Positions 11,026 to 24,722 of a DNA stretch of 64,000 nucleotides are shown in pieces; position 1 is the stretch's first letter, and every line of letters starts with the position of its first letter. The notes below the pieces were generated by a model that was not told the DNA's origin, ran no database searches, and saw only the letters and a list, made by a program, of their open reading frames with translations. The DNA lies in contig NC_045707.1 in the NCBI RefSeq assembly GCF_009834535.1, forward strand, positions 50,532,001-50,596,000. The letters run 5' to 3'. The position numbers were made by a program, and so were the translations under genes. Origin of the DNA: Camelus ferus. Its lineage: Eukaryota.

Positions 11026-12109
11026 CGTTGTGTATTATGTTATGTTATTTATTGGATGAGTTATAGCAACTTAATTCATTTTGGAGTGAGGCTATACCTG
11101 GAAAAATTTTTTCCAAACGGTGACAGTTGAGAGGGAAATGCCTTGTGAGAAGGGACCAAAAAAAAATGTATTTGGGTGTCTCTGGCCACAGAATAAAACA
11201 CATAGGTATGGGGAGAAACAGGCAGGATGTGAGAGTGTGAACACGGAGTGGCCCAGAGCGTGAAGTTCACGCCCATAGTAAAAAATGTGAACTTATGGAC
11301 CCTTTCTTTATAAATACAGCAGTCTGGCTGTCTTCTGCCCTCTTCCTCCACCTTGCCCTGCCATCTATAATTTGTGACAAATATTTCCAAGTCTTTTACT
11401 GTGGTCATTAAGAGACAAAATGTTATTGTGTCCTCCCGCCCCCGATCCTCTGGTCCTAACACCCCCACCCCTTCTCCTGGTTCTTCTCTCACCTCTGCCC
11501 TGAAAATTTGTTATCAGCGTCCTGCTTTGTGAGACCTTCCTCATGACTGTTCTGCTTGTCTTGAGGTTTCTACTTCCAGAAGCTAGTTAAGGCTCTTTAA
11601 TGGGCTCATCCTCAAGACCAATTATTTTATTTTGAAAATAGAGGCCTCCTTTGAAATTGCTTTTCAAAATATGTTTCTGTTTTCCTCTTTAAACCCTTTG
11701 ATGTCATTCGTTCTACCATTTCCCTCATCACAGTCTGGTTTGAAAAGGTTTGTTGTTTCCATTTTTGAACATCTTTTCTCCTCAGCAAAGCACTGCGTTC
11801 TTCCAATCCTTCAACACGGGCAGGTGGAATTGGAAGCTTGCCCTTCACTGAGCATTTCTTGTCTTTAATTTCGAAACATTACCCCAAACCCATTCAATTA
11901 CAAAAAAAAAAATCAAGTATTGTTTAAGTTCAGCCCCCTTCTAACACTGGCACAGAGAGATGCCCTCTGAAATTCTCCTTGCTGTTACAGGAAGACACAA
12001 GAACTTCTCACCTCAAGGAAGCAATATCCTGACATTGGAATCAATGTATCATTAATATGCAAGAAAATGGCTTTAGAAGCAGCTTTGCAAATGTCACTAT
12101 GTGTATATA

Positions 12110-12405
12110 TCTCTTTTTTCTTAAGTAAGCTCAATAGTTTGTATCTTTCAAGGAATTTATCCATTTAAGTGGTGAAATGTGTTAGCATAACATTGTTCAT
12201 GATATTCCTTTATTATCTTTAAAATAGTTGTAGAATCTATAGAGTGATGTCTCTTCTTTCATTTTTTTCATATTGGTAATCAGTGTCTTTTTTTTCTTGA
12301 TAATTCGGTCTAGGGTTCATCAATTTTATTGAACTTAACAGAAATCTAGCTTTTGATTTCATTGATTTTTTTTTTGCTTGTGTTGATTTTTTATTTCATT
12401 GACTC
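12110..12405 (-). mobile_element. Old L1M ORF2 fragment
   Basis: AGTTTGTATCTTTCAAGGAATTTATCCATTT...TCTAGGGTTCATCAATTTTATTGA...GCTTTTGATTTCATTGATTTT. Confidence 0.75.
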
Positions 12406-13748
12406 ATCTGTAAGTGTAAAATGTAAAAAATTTAGGTTAATGTAATACTTTATCTTCTTTTTGTTTTACTTAGTTCTTTAATTGTAAGAAGGGTTTGGAT
12501 TTAGCATGTAACTTTTTAGGCTTCTAACCAATTTAACAATTTAAACAATTTAGGTGTTTTTCCTCATTACCTAAATAACCTGGAATAAAACTTGGAACTT
12601 AACAATCATTTTTAAGATGCCAACAAATCAAAACAATCTAATAGATTTGCCATGAAAGCAAATGCTAGCTTTGAGCATGAAGATAACTTTACCACCAAAT
12701 ACGGCCTCTTTTATCAATTCTGACTAGAATTTTACAGTTTGCAGATTCTTCCATTGACATTCATAAGGAGTGTGTATGATCATTTGGAAGACACTCTTGG
12801 GTTGAAAATTTACATATATTTTTTACTGGTTCTTATCTGAAGGACTCAATTTATTTCACATGCCCCTGTCAATTTATTTGTGATAGTGGTCTGGGTCTGA
12901 CTTACAGGAGCACTATTATAAAGTGGAAACTAGGACACATTTTTCTTAGCTTTACTTTGATGAAGAGATTCTTACAAGTGTAAGAATGACAGATATTTGA
13001 GTCTTCAGGGAGTAATGGAAAAGCTGAAAGATATTATTATCACAGAATAGATTTTGTGTCATTCTTGGTTCTCACTACAAAGGAAGATGTGAAAGTGTGG
13101 TTTGCTAACTTTAGTACTTCATAGCCTGTGACAGTCTATGCTTTAAACCTCAGAGAGGTTTTTTTGGTACTCATTTCTGAAGCCTAACTGATCGTCAGAT
13201 GAAAACTACCCTTTGATTTCATTGCTCTATTAGACTAGATTCACAGGGAAAAAAGCCACTGACATAGACTGTGATGGGTTGCTGAATCCAAGATGATGTT
13301 TAAATTGTTGCTGAGTGGGTTAATTTTATAAAATCAATTTTAAGTTGTGACTGGAGATGAATCTTGGAGATCTTTGATTGATATGCCTTTTAAAAAAAAT
13401 CCACTTTGCCCCCAAATTAACCTGCTTTAAAATTGATAGGTGTATCTCAATCACTTTGAAATGATAGGCATAAATTGTTAAAAGATGTTAGGTTTTTTAA
13501 AAAATAATCCCATGAAATGCCTTTCCTAGGAGCAGTTGTGGGGCTGTAATATGCCTTTGACTCCAGGAATATATAAAGCAATCCTCCCCATAATCATATA
13601 TCCAAATTGCATGCTATTCAGTACCTACTTGAAGTAACCCTTGACTGGGCTTGTCTTCTTCTGAAGTGTAGATCCTAGGCAAGGTAATCAAGTTTACATT
13701 CTATTTTCAGAGTCTGGAATCTAGGTCATAGATGAACAACCTAAGACA

Positions 13749-13791
13749 TTATTTTTTAATTGAAGTATAGTCAATTACAATGTGTCAACTT
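13749..13791 (-). mobile_element. ~43-bp terminal fragment of a lineage-specific L1 3'UTR
   Basis: Reverse complement GACACATTGTAATTGACTATACTTCAATTAAAAAA matches the L1 terminus at 39435-39470. Confidence 0.7.
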
Positions 13792-14969
13792 CAATATCTG
13801 GTGCCAATTTTTATCTCATACAAGGCACTGTGATGAAGAACAGTGTAATAAAAATTCCAGAAATTGATTTTAGGATTTTTTTTTCTCAGAAGCTGTGGGT
13901 TGCAGGGCATCACCATGTCAGCCAGTAAGTGCCAAGCTGAGTCCTGGGAAGTTGGAGATTCACTGAGCTCAGTACAGAGTGAAACCACCATGGACCCCTT
14001 CACTCTCTAGGAATGTAGTGGTCCTTTGAGCCCTTGAGTGCTGTTCTGGGTTTAGAACTTCCTTGCCCATTGTGGGCAAAGCAGACAGCAAATCCTACAA
14101 ACATGGGAGGAAACTCAAGATCCACATCTTATTTATCTTTGCATCTTTCAAAACTTTTCCAACCTCTGGTGCCCAGTAAGCATTTAGTTGTGGTAAGTGG
14201 AATGAATTAATCCTAGCCCACCTCTGCCATTGTCCGTATTTGCTCAAAACAGCCTGGACAACTCACTCTGGCTTATTGAAACCCAGTTTCACCAGATATG
14301 AAATGGAAATAAAAATAGTCCCCTACCTTAAAGGACTATTTTGAGGAACTATTGATATGATGCATTTATAAAAATGTATCTTTCCAATGGGAATCAAAAC
14401 ACTTTCATTTTACAAAAACAAGTTTCAAGTTTCAGGGCCTATAAATTTTATTTTTCCTGAATTGGACTACATATAAAGAACATTTTAAAAAATACTGATA
14501 ATCTAATAATCCCTAGTGATATTCTCTTGGATTTGGTACCACTGTTCATTTTTCATTTTTCACATAGTTGTCTTTACACATTTATCTTTATTTGTGCCTC
14601 CTAGTAGCCTTTGATATAAAGCGAGGTGTCTTTCTTCCCAAAGATACAACAACCCAAAAGACAGAATAACTAGTGATTGTTTTTTTCAGGTGCCTAGGAA
14701 GAAGAAATGGTTAGAGGCTGGGAACGTGTCAGGCTTCTTAAGCCCTGTTGCATAGACAGCCATGCCTTCCCTGTGTGAGAGGACAGCCCTATCGGTGGGG
14801 GAAAGTGATGCTTCCCAAAGTGGTGCATCGTCTGAAAATATTCCTTGTCTCTCGAGTGGCAGGCCATGGACATGTTTGGGGCACATTGGGACAACCTCAG
14901 AACTAACCCTTAGTGGTGCTTAAGTACCTATCAGCTTGGTGATATAGCTCATGTGTCCCACAATCCAGC

Positions 14970-15595
14970 AGCTGTGACCTTCCTTAAACTCATACCTGAT
15001 AGTGTTGCCCACCTCTCTCCTCATCTTCCCCTCCCCACAGGGCTTGAAGCCTTTCATTTTCCTACTGTCCCCTTAATAACATCCAAATTCCTTGGCATGG
15101 AATAAAAAAGAACTGTATTACCCAACTCCTGATTCAGCTTTGTACTTTCTAACCCCCACCCTATCAACACACACACACACACACACACACACACCACGTC
15201 AGTTGATGCTCCAGCATACTGAACTACTTTCAGTTTTAGGAAGACTTCCTTCTACACATACACTTACACATTCATGTATGCACTCACCCAGTCCCTTGTT
15301 CCTTGGCTAATCCTATTCATCCTGAAGTTTCAGTTGACGTGACATTTCCTACAGGAATTCTTTTCTGATGGGCTAGAACTAAATTAGATGTCTCGATGTA
15401 TTCCCATAGTTCATTGTACTTTCCTCCATCATACAGTTGGTTCTTGTCCTGCTATATGGAATGTGTTAGTTTACATGCCGTCCTCCCTCTAAAATGTCAT
15501 CTCCTTGAAGTCAGGGACAATGTCTTATTTGCCCTTGTACCCTAGAAGCCTAGCACTGATTTTGATTGGTCATAATTTGTGTTAAGCAAGTAGAA
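14970..15595 (+). mobile_element. L2 3' region containing a (CA)n tract (~15166-15193)
   Basis: TCCAAATTCCTTGGCATGG, CTCCTTGAAGTCAGGGACAATGTCTTATT...CCTAGCAC. Confidence 0.7.
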
Positions 15596-16969
15596 TCCTT
15601 GGAGAACTGTGAGTCTGTGCTTATATGTTAATCAAGCAAGGAGTAAATTTAAAATAATTTTGTAATACTCTATAGGTTGTATAGGAACTAAATTATGCCT
15701 TATTTTTAAATGATTTCAAGTTTTGGCACTAAAACCATTTTGAACCTTTACTCCTAAGCAGTCCAAGATACATCTTGCTGAATTGGGAATTAGCAAGGAG
15801 TGTTGCAAAACTGAATTAAATATAAAATATGTTTCATGAAAGTTCCCCCCACCCCATAATCCCTACCACAGAATGAAAAGACCTTATCAGAAATATTGAC
15901 TATAACTCTGGAATTTTAGGGCTATATTTTTTGGAACTGCTTTAGGTTAAAATAACTTCATGCTAAAACTAGGTCTTTTCCATCACTTACGGGGTAATCA
16001 AATTCTGACAAATACTGTTTCCTAGAAAAAAAAAATGACTAACACTTCAAGGTGTTTGAATCAGAAATGTGTATCACAAATGTGTAAGAACAAAATTCAT
16101 GAAATGGTACATGTTTGAGTAGATATGGACAAAAATGAAGAAAACATAGTTTTCTTTGTGAAACTAGTTCCACTGTAACGCCTTATATTGTGTAAGAGGA
16201 TCATAAATTCTTAAGAAAAATGATAGATTATGACATATTTGTCAATATTAGCACACATGAAAATATTGTGAGCCAGGAAGCTGTGGTCAAACAAGGGACT
16301 ATTCTCTGGGAGTATCAACACAAGGCCAAGAATATATTTGTTAAATTGATACAGTGGCAAAATCAGAGATAACCTGATTTTGGCATTGATTAGAAAAGAA
16401 AATAATCATAGGAGTTTGGCTCAATCTTCAATTTGCCAACTGGGTATCTTGAAGTCATGCATGCGTTGTTGTCATTATTATGGATTCACCCAGGGACCTT
16501 TTTCTTGGGCAGATGCTATACATTCAAGTAAGTGCATCTAATGTTATAGACACACCAGCAAATTCTTTAATGGGCAGAGTACTTTAGTAGAGGGGTGAGT
16601 CGTCTCTTCTAATTGCATGCTATCATGTTCATTTTAATGTTTCCTAACTACCTGGTTGCTCTTCATGATCTAGTTATAAAAGTAATTGCCCCAGAGAATG
16701 GCCAAGGAATACAAAATCCCCACGGTATTCTGCTTTAAGGATGACCATCAACTCAGAAGGTGAGTTTGAGGCTTTTTTTTTTCCCCAAAGGACTTTCTAT
16801 ACACTGAGAGGACAGGAGCAACCTCATAATTGTCAGTGATGGTCACACCCTATTGAGGCACATGGAAGTTGACTTGTCAGGCATTTTGACAGAGTCCAGA
16901 ACACGACCATTCTAATCTCTGAAAATTCAAAATGATTACAGCAGGAAATGCTGAAATTAAATAAAGAAG

Positions 16970-16970
<1 letters not shown>

Positions 16971-17039
<69 letters not shown>
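16971..17039. repeat. (ATT)23 microsatellite
   Basis: Perfect trinucleotide run; produces the spurious poly-Ile ORF 16877-17110. Confidence 0.97.
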
Positions 17040-17749
17040 TTTAGTCCCCTAACTTTAAAATACTGTGTTTTCATGCCAAACCAGATGGGCAATTTAACAA
17101 ATATCACCAAAAAAAAGTTTGGCAGTTACTTAGGCCATATAGCCAGTGGCATTGATCTTTTTTCATGATTGACTGAACTGAGTTTTTGTTTCTTTTTTTC
17201 ACTGACATGCCATCTGGTAGAGATTAAGCTCTGGCCATATGGTGAAAAGAGCCTTGCCTAGGTCTAGAGCTGGACCCTGTTCCCAGTTTGGACACTAACT
17301 GGGTTAGGCCACATGCCTTATCCTCTTAGACAGGTGGAGTGATTTAACCCATCAACCTCTAAAACTTTCATTTGTTAGTGGTCCCTTGATTCATGTAAAA
17401 GTGTCCAAATAATTGGGCTGATGACTTTCTGTTTCCCAGTAAAGACACGTCCAGTCTCATTTGGTAGGACAGATATAGATGTAGCTGAATTGCATGGCAC
17501 AGGCATGATTAAAACACCGTGTGTAATGTGCTACCTCCCTGCTTTCTGGATGACAGAGAATAAGATGCCCTCCTTCTTGCAAATCTGATAAACCCAGACT
17601 TGGAGTGGAACAAAGGGCCTTGGGAGGATCAGGAAAGCTGATTGATGGGAATATGAATAAAACTCTTCCTATTTTTGCTCTTCTTACTCCAAGAACAGGA
17701 AACAGGATTCAACATCAACTTGATGATTTACAAGGAGCCAACAAATGGT

Positions 17750-17858
17750 AGTAACAGCAATCATTTACTGAGCTACCATGTGTCAAAAGCTGTGCTAAAT
17801 GATTCAAATATTGTCTCATTTAATTCCCATAAAAACCTTATGAGATGCTCAACCTTAT

Positions 17859-17910
<52 letters not shown>

Positions 17911-17960
17911 GAGACCCATAAAAGTTAGGTAAATTGTCCAAGATCACAGAGCTGTTAAAA
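17750..17960 (-). mobile_element. MIR SINE containing a (CA)n microsatellite
   Basis: CATTTACTGAGCTACCATGTGTCA...TCTCATTTAATTCCCATAAAAACCTTATGAG...GTTAGGTAAATTGTCCAAGATCACAGAGCT. Confidence 0.75.
17861..17908. repeat. (CA)24 microsatellite
   Basis: Perfect dinucleotide run. Confidence 0.97.
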
Positions 17961-18349
17961 CAGGACTTCCAAGAATACTATAAACCCTGTGTTATTCTTA
18001 TATATCACTGCTTACACACGAGAGAAATCAGGGAAAGAATAGTAAATAAATGTGGCTAATAGACCTTACATTTGAATTGAGTGTATAGTGATAGTAAACC
18101 AAAGCCACAACAGCTACCTTTGAGGATACCACTTTAGAATTTTAATTAAAAAGAAAAGGTGTTATAAAAATAATATAGCAAACATATATAATATACTTAT
18201 ACCCTTTTAATTAATCAGAATCTCTTCTACTTAAGATCATTATATCATTTTTGTATATTACCTACTAAACTTTTTTCTTAATTTAGGTATTTAGGTGCAG
18301 GTACTTCTCATTCTTCTTTTATTTTTAATAATATAAATTTTTTAGTGAT

Positions 18350-18690
18350 AATATAAATTGATGAACCTCTTACTGTGTGTGCCAGATACTATTTTAACCT
18401 CTAAACATACAGTGGTGATCATTCAGCAAATGCCTTTTCTCATGGAGTTATATCTTAATGGACAGAGACAGACAGTAAGGAGTAAACAAGTAAATTAACA
18501 AGATAATCTTAGATTATGAAAGATAATATAAAATAAATTGAAAGAGTGACACAATGTAGTGATGAGATATTAGAAGGAAAAGCTGACTATCCAAAGCACC
18601 AATAGAAGAATGTTTCAGGCCTAAAGCTGTGTCCTGGGAATGCACTTGGTATGTCTAAAGAAAACAAAAGAAGCAGGGGTGTAAGGCTTT
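18350..18690 (-). mobile_element. L2 fragment
   Basis: TGTGCCAGATACTATT...TCTCATGGAGTTATATCTTAATGG..GAGACAGACAGTAA. Confidence 0.6.
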
Positions 18691-19554
18691 TCACTAAATT
18701 ACTTCTCTTTTTTTGGAATCTTGAGGTAATTTTCTATTTGGAAATGTTATTAATAATGCTGCAGTGAACATCTTCCTGTATATAACTTTTTGCTTTTGTT
18801 GAACTATTTCTTTAGGGCCAAATAACTGAACAGGTTTATGACATTTTATGCTAATTTTTAAATAGAATTTTATCATTATTTTTGAGGATACTACTGATTA
18901 TTCAGATTATTAGACATTCCCAATAACTATCAGTTTAGCTGTCCTTCAACACTAGAGACAAATTTATTGGGTTACAATACAAACAATACATGTTACTTCT
19001 TAAAGAGTTAGAAGATAAAGTTAACAACAAAAAGGTACAATCTCACCATCCAGAACCAACCACTGGTAGGTATACGCACCACAATTCTCTCTCTCTGTGT
19101 CCCTCTCCCTTTCTATTTGTTGATGATTATAGACACATTTGTGCATAAAATATATATTAAAATAAATAGAACATTTGTTATGTTTGGTTTTTACATTGAA
19201 ATGTAAACTGGGGACAGAAAAGATCTTATAATAACTTTTGATTTCCAAAGAAACAAGCTTAATGTTGAACAGATAGTATGAGAGAATCATCAAATTTTGA
19301 AGTTTAGTATTAGAAATTATCTGATTTACTCAGCTTATGTTATGAATAGGGAAATGGGCTCAGAGACATTGCAGTTTTCCCCAAAGTCAGATGGCTGATG
19401 TGTGGCTAAGTTGAGATTTGAGCAGAGGTTGCTCATCAATATTCTGGAAGCACTTCTTGAGATCGATTTATATATTTCTCATGGTCCTCACAGAATCTAT
19501 TGTTGAACTCGTTACTGTTAAAGAGAATTGTCATGTTGGGATTTCTTTTGAGTT

Positions 19555-19960
19555 TTTCCTTAACTGAGGTGAAATTCATGAAGCCCACATGACCATTTTA
19601 AAGTATACAATTCAGTGGCATTTACAACATTCACAGTATTGTATATCTACCATCTGTCTCTAAAATTTTCATCCCCCAAGAAGAACACTCTATACCCATT
19701 CAGAAATTGCTCACCAGTTACTATTTCCCCCATCCTCTGTCCACTACTAATCTGTTTTCTGTGTTTGTGGATTTGTCTACTCTGAATATTTCATGCAAAA
19801 GGAAACATATAATAGATAATGTTTCGTGTCTGGTTCCTTTCATTTAACATAGTATTTTTGAGGTTCATCCATGTTGTAGCATATATAGGTACTTTATTTC
19901 TTCTTATAGTAGAATAATTGTGACATACCACAATTTACTCATCTATTCATCCATTGATAA
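19555..19960 (-). mobile_element. Old L1 (L1MB-like) 3' end
   Basis: CCATTTTAAAGTATACAATTCAGTGGCATTT...TTTTTGAGGTTCATCCATGTTGTAGCATATAT. Confidence 0.8.
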
Positions 19961-20310
19961 ATACTTTTTCTTTAGAATTTTAATAAACTAAATATGTTTT
20001 TATTCATTCAAAGCTTGACATTGCAAGCTCCATGATTTCCAATATAACCTCAGGTCAGATTAATTATATTTAACTTTCCTTTACCATTTTACCCTTCTTA
20101 AAGTTAATGGGTTGATGTTTTACTGTTGCAGTAAGTTTTCCCGTCACATATTTTATCTATTTCCCAGTATTATCATTTTCATAATCTTGTTATCATGTAG
20201 AACTTTTGTTTGACTTCCACTTATAAATATCTTTTAACTGACTTTTCACTGTCATTTTCCACTAAGACTATAGGATTTATGAAGTACATTACTAGATAAA
20301 TGAATCTTAC

Positions 20311-20675
20311 TATGCTAGGCTGAAAATTACTGCCAAAAGATGTCTTTTCAGATGGGTTAAGATCTTGAGATGGGGAGATTACCCTGAATTATCCAAATGA
20401 GTGTAATGTAATGACAAGTATCCTTATAAGAGAGAGGCAGGAGATTAGAGGGAGTTGTAGGAGACGTGACAGCAGATGCAAGTGGTCAGGAAACAAGCAA
20501 TGGAGGTGGTCTTCAGAAATTCAAAAAGGCAAGAAAATGGATCCTCCCCTCAAATCTCAAGAAGAACAGCAACCCTGCCAACACTTGGATTCTAGATTTC
20601 TGACCCAGAACTGTAAAAGAATACATTTGCGTTGTTTTAAGCTACTAAGTTTGACCACAATGGGGAACTAATACA
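20311..20675 (+). mobile_element. MaLR solo LTR (MLT1D-like)
   Basis: GATCTTGAGATGGGGAGATTACCCTGAATTATCC...CCAGAACTGTAAAAGAATACATTTGCGTTGTTTTAAGC...AACTAATACA. Confidence 0.85.
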
Positions 20676-22479
20676 CCCACTCAAGAGATGTAATTTTTAT
20701 ACTTAACTCTAAAGTTTTATAGCCACCATATTCATGATATGCAGCTAGCATAGTTTCTAAATAAAAATAAAGGACTAGATGAAGTTGTCATAACAGATGA
20801 GACTGATCCTAGCAAAATTTTGTCAGCTCTTACCAATTAGGAAAAGTAAATACGTTGAAATATTAGGTTCTTTGGATTCTTTAAAGGCTATGTGTATGTT
20901 CTTTAGTAACAATATATTTTATTTTACAATATTTTGTTTCAGAATGTTCATGCCCAATGTGTAGACAGTTTAAAAATAGCTCTCGTCTTTTCTGTCCAAA
21001 TCGTCATGTGGTTTGGGACAAACACAGATCATAGGAACTATATGTCTGAGTTTTAACATTGGAGCCTGTAGGGAGAAACTAGGTCCTAGAAATTGGACCT
21101 TGTAGGTAAGCAAAAATGGTAGCACTTATTTTCTTTGCAGAATGAATAAACAATAAATTTTATTAAAAAGTATTTTACAAAGGTTAAGAGTTCACTGATT
21201 CTGAAAAAAAAAAATCTCTTTTCCTCTGAGTTTATCTGCATTTGCCCCAACTCTTAGTATTTATCTTATCTTTTAGCCAACTGGCTAGTCACGATACATG
21301 CACCTTCAAACACAGGAGCTTCTAGAAGCTTTTTTTCACTACCTCAGGGCAGCTGCTCCTCTATGAGGTCATGTTTCCTTCCTGACCTTGGGAGTACCAT
21401 TTAAAAGCAATCATTTCCATGGAGTGAAAAGCATAGCCTCTGAGTCTCAAGTCATGCTACCAAAATAGTCCACTAAATTGTGCTTTTCAGCTTAGTCACA
21501 TCATAATGAATCAGTCTCTTCTCCTTTGGACAGTGTTGATGACTTTTCCCCACCTTTATCAATTTCAGTATAAATGTGTAGCTGCTAAAGGCATTAGGAG
21601 GGGACTAAGGAAATCCTATAGGAGAACAATTGCAGGAAATTGACATAGCCATTAAGAAGTCTGGAAAAACTAACTTAGAAGAAAGTGGGGCTTGGCTCAT
21701 TGCCATTTTTGGAATAAGAAAAGAACTGCAGGCAGGAATGGCTTTAGAAAAGTAAACATAAAACTTAAAAAATAAGCAGGGTTGTGTGTAAAGTCCCTTG
21801 AAATAAAGGATTATGAGTTGAGAAAATAAGGATTATGGTAGAAAGTTACTTTTTTTTTTTTCTAAATCTGAATCATTGTTCATTGAGGTTTGGATTTTTA
21901 AATGTTTTTAAGATAAAGATTTCTATGGACTTGGGACCAAGGGATGGCCAGGATTCTCAGCACAAAGCTGACTTCACCAAATTGCGGAGTTAGTGAAAGG
22001 AAAGGTTTGTTTTCCTTAAACATCTGTAAGGAAATATGTTCTTAAATATTTATAGGTTTAGAAAGCAGTCTATAATTGCATATCTTAGGTAAATAAACGC
22101 AATGTGTTAGGATCTCATAACTTGGAAATAATGACCTCATTCAGTGTGTGATACAATGGGAAGGAACTGTTACATTTATTTATTTTTTTAATTCATCAAT
22201 GATTATTTGACCTCATCTCCATGTGTCAGATGCCCATATCTAAAGTCACTTAGGGAAATGAGTAATAATGAGAGAAAACCCTCATGAATGACTGGATGAG
22301 GCATGTGAGAACAGATCATGCCAAAATTTATCCTTGTGTTATAAGAAGCTCTTCCTTGCTTTTGCCTATTGATTTTTAATTATTTTTTTTGCCAAACTGA
22401 AGAATATTATGTAAAGCAAAGCTTTAGCTTGGTGAAAAGTCACTTGATACAGTAAGTAAACACAATTGGTAACTTCATA

Positions 22480-22640
22480 GATTTTCAGAGTTGAGAATCA
22501 CCTTCAAGACAATCTAACACAGCTCTCTCATTGTAAAGCTAAGAAACTCTAGCTGAGAGCACTTAAATAATTTATCTGATGTTACCCATTACTAGGTAAA
22601 ACAGGCCTAAATACTGGGTTTCCTGATTCCCAATCCACTG
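22480..22640 (-). mobile_element. MIR SINE fragment
   Basis: CTCTCATTGTAAAGCTAAGAAACTCTAGC...GGGTTTCCTGATTCCCAATCCA. Confidence 0.55.
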
Positions 22641-23299
22641 CTGCTGGGGAAGACTCACTGGGTCACTAAATCCTTATCTCTATTAATTAATTTTGACTCC
22701 GACAATCAAAGAATAAGAATCAAATGGTCTACCACTTATCATCCTCAAGGCTATAGTGAAATACATGCCTCATGTTAAGTAGACAATGGCTAACACCCCA
22801 CATGCAGAAAAAGAAAACGTGCTGTGAGAGAACGGGTTTGGGGACTTATAACCATGGCACAGTCAGTGCTCAATCAAGTACCTAATGGCCACGACCCCTT
22901 GTCATTTGGATTCTATGGGCCTTGGAACAGTCAACTGATCCTTTGGTCAGTTGGACCTACCACTGTCCGACACTTTTATTTTAATTTCAGACATAAATAA
23001 CACAGGTAAAGAGAAAAGTCTGACTCCAGGTCAAAGAAAAAGAATCCTGTTGTATATGTTATGTTAGGTTCAACTGTCTGCCCCATGCAACAGGGCAAGA
23101 CCAAGGTCATTCTTCTTATCTACAGTGAAATCGAGAAAGCCCCAAAGAGCTCCTGGGAGCTGCAATACTTTATTCCTGCATCTAGAGCCAGAGCATTTCC
23201 TTAACTTGTTTCTTCTAGAATCAGCCATAACTAAATCTAATAATTGGGTATCTGGCTGCATAAGTTCATGCATTTATTTAAAAACATGAGTTGAATGCA

Positions 23300-23455
23300 A
23301 TATATTTAATCTTTTTTAAGTTTTGTGGTCCTCATCTAAATCAGGGACACTATTTAGGGCTGGTTTCAACCTTTTTGTGAGGATTAGATGAATGCTTGCA
23401 AGCGAAGCTTCTGGCACAGTGCATGGCTCAGATAAAGTGCTTAAATATCAGTAGT
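23300..23455 (+). mobile_element. MIR SINE fragment
   Basis: TCCTCATCTAAATCAGGG...TGTGAGGATTAGATGA...GCACAGTGCATGGCTCAGATAAAGTGCTTAAATA. Confidence 0.65.
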
Positions 23456-24553
23456 GATAATGCAGAAGAAGAAGATGGGAGGAGAATCAAAAAGTTCCAT
23501 TCCAGATGCTGAAACGAGCATTTGTGACCCTTGACTACCCTTGACTATGATGTGATCTTCCCCAGAGAAAGCCTATTGTCATGCAGGGCATGCCTTACAA
23601 AGGAAAAAAAAAAGGAGAAAGTTTTTGAATTTTCTTAGCCAATCTTCAAACTAGACTTATTGGAGGTGGTCTCCTAATAATTGAAAATAAGTGGGTATTC
23701 ATTTTATGAAAGAATAGAATCTAGGATAGATTTCATTATTAATAATTTACCCACTCCCAAAAGAGGATTTGAAGTAACTTACAATAAAAGGCATAGGCAT
23801 TATGGCACCTTTAAAGCAATGATTAAAGAATGAAGGCCAAGTGAAGTGAGAAGACGCTTGAACCAGAAAGCTTTGCTTAGGGATGATGACTATAGCGGCA
23901 CATAAACTTGCTGCAGTTAATATCAAAGCACTTAAATAATCCTCTTTACTAATCAAATGAAGCATATCAATTTATATTAGATACATTTTCCCTGGCTTTC
24001 CACTCTGAGGAGAAATTGATCATGTAGACAGTATCCATAATAGTAGTTTTTATTAGATGAAGCTAGCCCTTTTATAAACCTTCATAAAACTTGAGGACTC
24101 AGAGTTTAAAATTTACATTCTCTGAAGGTATTTCCATAGGGGACAACAGTAATCAAAGCTGATACAGCCCCGGAATTTGGCTTTCTGATAATTCAGGAAG
24201 AGAGAATTAAGAATATCACTTACACAGTACAGTCCCTATTGGACACTCACTGACTAACCCAGATTTTGCATGAATTAGGAGAGCAACCAACTTGATAAAG
24301 AAGTCCTCATATGTGCCTAGAATATAGTTATTCTTAATCCTTAAGGGAGAGCTATTTGCTTTAGATGAAATGCTCGGCATGTGTTTGACAAAGTTATCTA
24401 TTTCATTATGGAAATTAAAGAACCTGACCTTATTCTGATGTAAATTAAAAAGTGGGTTGTAGGTAGACAGGTGGGCCTGGTCGGTAAAGGAACATTTCCT
24501 AGCACTCGGTCTTCATCTCAAACGCTTGAAGACACAGAGGTCCTTCCCATCAA

Positions 24554-24722
24554 GCAGTAGTTCTTAACCAGGAGTCTACAACAAAATTACCTGGGGCATT
24601 TTTTCAGAATACTCTCTTCACACACCCACCAAATTTGAATCTCCAAGAGTGAGACCTGTATATTAGTATTTAAAAACAAAGTCCCTAAGAGATTTTTATG
24701 CAAATCCTGAGGAAGAGCTCTG
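24554..24722. mobile_element. MER5-like hAT-Charlie DNA transposon
   Basis: CAGTAGTTCTTAACC...AATTACCTGGGGCATTTT...GAATCTCC...GATTTTTATGCA. Confidence 0.6.

Noticed and set aside
16358..16382. 9-bp inverted repeat CAAAATCAG-N7-CTGATTTTG (similar short hairpins at ~22933 and ~48591)
   Set aside because: Too short for a miRNA or MITE; a few such repeats are expected by chance in 64 kb of AT-rich DNA.
16877..17110. Poly-isoleucine membrane peptide ORF
   Set aside because: It is the translation of the (ATT)23 microsatellite.
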